Below, piece after piece: positions 31,601-32,578 of a stretch of 32,578 nucleotides of DNA. Source of the stretch: Sphaerochaeta sp. (GTDB lineage: Bacteria; Spirochaetota; Spirochaetia; Sphaerochaetales; Sphaerochaetaceae). Under the pieces are notes generated by a model. It made no database searches. It saw nothing but the letters and a program-made list of their open reading frames with translations, and was not told the origin of the DNA. The stretch's first letter is position 1; the number at the start of each line of letters is the position of its first letter. A program made the translations under genes and the position numbers. The stretch lies in contig JBBADN010000001.1 in assembly GCA_041656455.1 (NCBI GenBank), positions 1-32,578 on the forward strand. The letters run 5' to 3'.

Positions 31601-32181
31601 TTCCGGTCGATCTTTGCGTAGATTAACGACTTCTTTTCATCAATTTCAAATTCAAGCCACGAACCACGATATGGGATAATGCGGGAGGAGTAGACGTCTT
31701 TGTCATGGCTGAAAATAACACCAGGGGAGCGGTGGATCTGACTGACGACAACGCGCTCAGCACCGTTAATAATAAAGGTACCGCGGTCGGTCATCAGGGG
31801 GATATCCCCAAAGAAGATCTTCTTTTCCCGCATCTCACCGGTGGCGAGCTCAAGGCTAATCGTAACTTGGATTGGGACGCTGTAGGAGCGACCCTTCTTT
31901 TTGCACTCCGTCTCAGTGAACTTCACGTTATCGTAATCGATCGTGTAGCCACGGTACGTTAAGCGCATCTCCCCATTGGGGCTGTCGATTGGGAACGTCG
32001 ACTGAAATACATCCTCAAGTCCGAATGATGGATCGGGATCGAGGCCCTTACGGATCGTATCCAGTTGTAAAAAACGCTCATAGGATTCAAGTTGGACCCC
32101 AATGAGATTGGGCAGTTCGCACACTTCGTGTGATTCGGTACCGATATAGGTGCGAGTTATGGACTTGCCGTTGGCAACCAT
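28666..32181 (-). CDS. rpoB: RNA polymerase beta subunit
   Basis: [43 protein letters not shown]. Confidence 0.99.
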   Translation of the reverse strand: MVANGKSITRTYIGTESHEVCELPNLIGVQLESYERFLQLDTIRKGLDPDPSFGLEDVFQSTFPIDSPNGEMRLTYRGYTIDYDNVKFTETECKKKGRSYSVPIQVTISLELATGEMREKKIFFGDIPLMTDRGTFIINGAERVVVSQIHRSPGVIFSHDKDVYSSRIIPYRGSWLEFEIDEKKSLIYAKIDRKKRILGSLLLRAIGYDSREKIIDAFYTHEVVDLIDDPEMKATLENRYLAKDVYATIDGEEKKVLRAGDLLHAHEIDELFGLGVKSISLVDIKGEGTLHSEIILNCFEIEDAKYTREGYDEPTKEDVLSPIFSVLMPGEMIAIERAEKDLPDMFFSSRRYDLGSVGRYKFNKKFGDGTEDDDAQVDDLTVLTPQDITNTMNYLIKVFIHEANVDDIDHLGNRRVRSVGELLQNALRGAFARMERIAKERMNLETGSVKPQDLISIKPIVAAIKEFFGSSQLSQFMDQVNPLAELTHKRRLNALGPGGLSRDRAGFEVRDVHYTHYGRICPIETPEGPNIGLIVSLANYTRINRHGFLETPYRRVVDGKVTDQYRFLDANDEEKFFIAQASAPFNEKGEFLDTEVPVRHSGDYSTRAPEDIKYMDISPKQVISVAASLIPFLEHDDANRALMGSNMQRQAVPLVFPETPRVGTGMESKTAYDSGVLLKANRGGVVTYVSSEKIIITPTEAEIEGEVDVYEIQKFERTNQDTCFNQKPIVDLGQSVDAGQVIADGPATQQGELALGRNILVGFVPWHGYNYEDAVLISERVVKDDIFTSVHIKEFTTDIRETKLGPEKLTRDIPNTSEKMLEQLDADGIVRVGATVRPGSILVGKVTPKSESDTTPEFKLLNSIFGEKAKEVRDTSLKVPHGTEGTIIDIQRLKRSNNDELPPGVEETVKVLIATKRKLRQGDKMAGRHGNKGVVSRILPEEDMPFMEDGTPLDVCLNPLGVPSRMNIGQLMETQLGWAAVALDRWYSTPVFQSATMEQLEEEMQKAGLPENSKTVLYDGQTGVPFVNPVFCGYIYYLKLHHLVDDKMHARSTGPYSLVTQQPLGGKAQFGGQRLGEMEVWALEAYGAANTLQELLTIKSDDMNGRVKIYESIVKGEPATTAGMPEAFNVLVQEIRGLALDMSVYDAHGNLVPLTERDEELLTKQSQGSVN

Positions 32182-32251
32182 TGTGTACCCTCCAAAGTCA
32201 ATTCAGCAAGCGACTCAAATCCCGAACGAATGGGAGATGAGGACACAACAT

Positions 32252-32273
32252 GCCACCGGAGAGCTCCGGTGGC
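32252..32273. terminator. Perfect GC-rich hairpin in the rplL-rpoB spacer (attenuator-like)
   Basis: GCCACCGGA-GAGC-TCCGGTGGC; the minus-strand tail ATGTTGTGT is only weakly U-rich. Confidence 0.55.
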
Positions 32274-32327
32274 TTTGAGAATTCAACACTTCGCCGATTA
32301 CGCGAATTGTTTCCAAGGAATCGATCC

Positions 32328-32578
32328 TTAGTCGACAGGAACGATATCGACGGTACATCCAGCAGCTTCAAGCTTCTCCTTCAGGGCGTCGGCGTCAGCC
32401 TTGCTCACGCTTTCCTTAATAGTTGCGCCGCCAGCTTCAACGACTTCCTTCGCTTCCTTCAGCCCAAGGCCGGTGATTGCGCGGACTTCCTTAATAGCGG
32501 CAATCTTCTTGGCAGGATCAGCAGCCTTGAGGATGACGTTGAACTCGGTGGGCTCTTCAACAGCAGCAGCAGCCTCAC
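32328..32578 (-). CDS. rplL: 50S ribosomal protein L7/L12, C-terminal part (5' end beyond window)
   Basis: Manual translation: ...[50 protein letters not shown]...[16 protein letters not shown]. Confidence 0.96.
   Translation of the reverse strand, partial: EAAAAVEEPTEFNVILKAADPAKKIAAIKEVRAITGLGLKEAKEVVEAGGATIKESVSKADADALKEKLEAAGCTVDIVPVD

Overview
Core housekeeping region of a spirochaete, most likely Sphaerochaeta-like (inferred from gene order, protein sequences and the RpoB S531N-equivalent residue). Nearly all genes are on the minus strand, in transcription order: rplL (partial)-rpoB-rpoC-rpsL-rpsG; then, with no fusA, a separately promoted tuf-S10-spc-secY-rpmJ-alpha cluster ending at rplQ; then one accessory AAA+ ATPase/DUF4143 gene; then rny-ymdB-tlyA, a plus-strand GerMN-like membrane protein, and ptsI-der (partial). 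The most unusual signals are non-coding. (1) Three imperfect palindromes (consensus GTTTT-N2-TGGG-TATA-CCCA-N2-AAAAC) sit at an exact 42-bp period upstream of the AAA+/DUF4143 gene, one centred on its TATAAT -10 box; the gene itself has a GC step between its N- and C-terminal parts. (2) A ~260-nt structured leader lies between a consensus promoter and tuf. (3) Back-to-back, apparently leaderless promoters drive ptsI-der and the GerMN-like gene. All calls come from reading motifs by eye; no database search or folding program was run.
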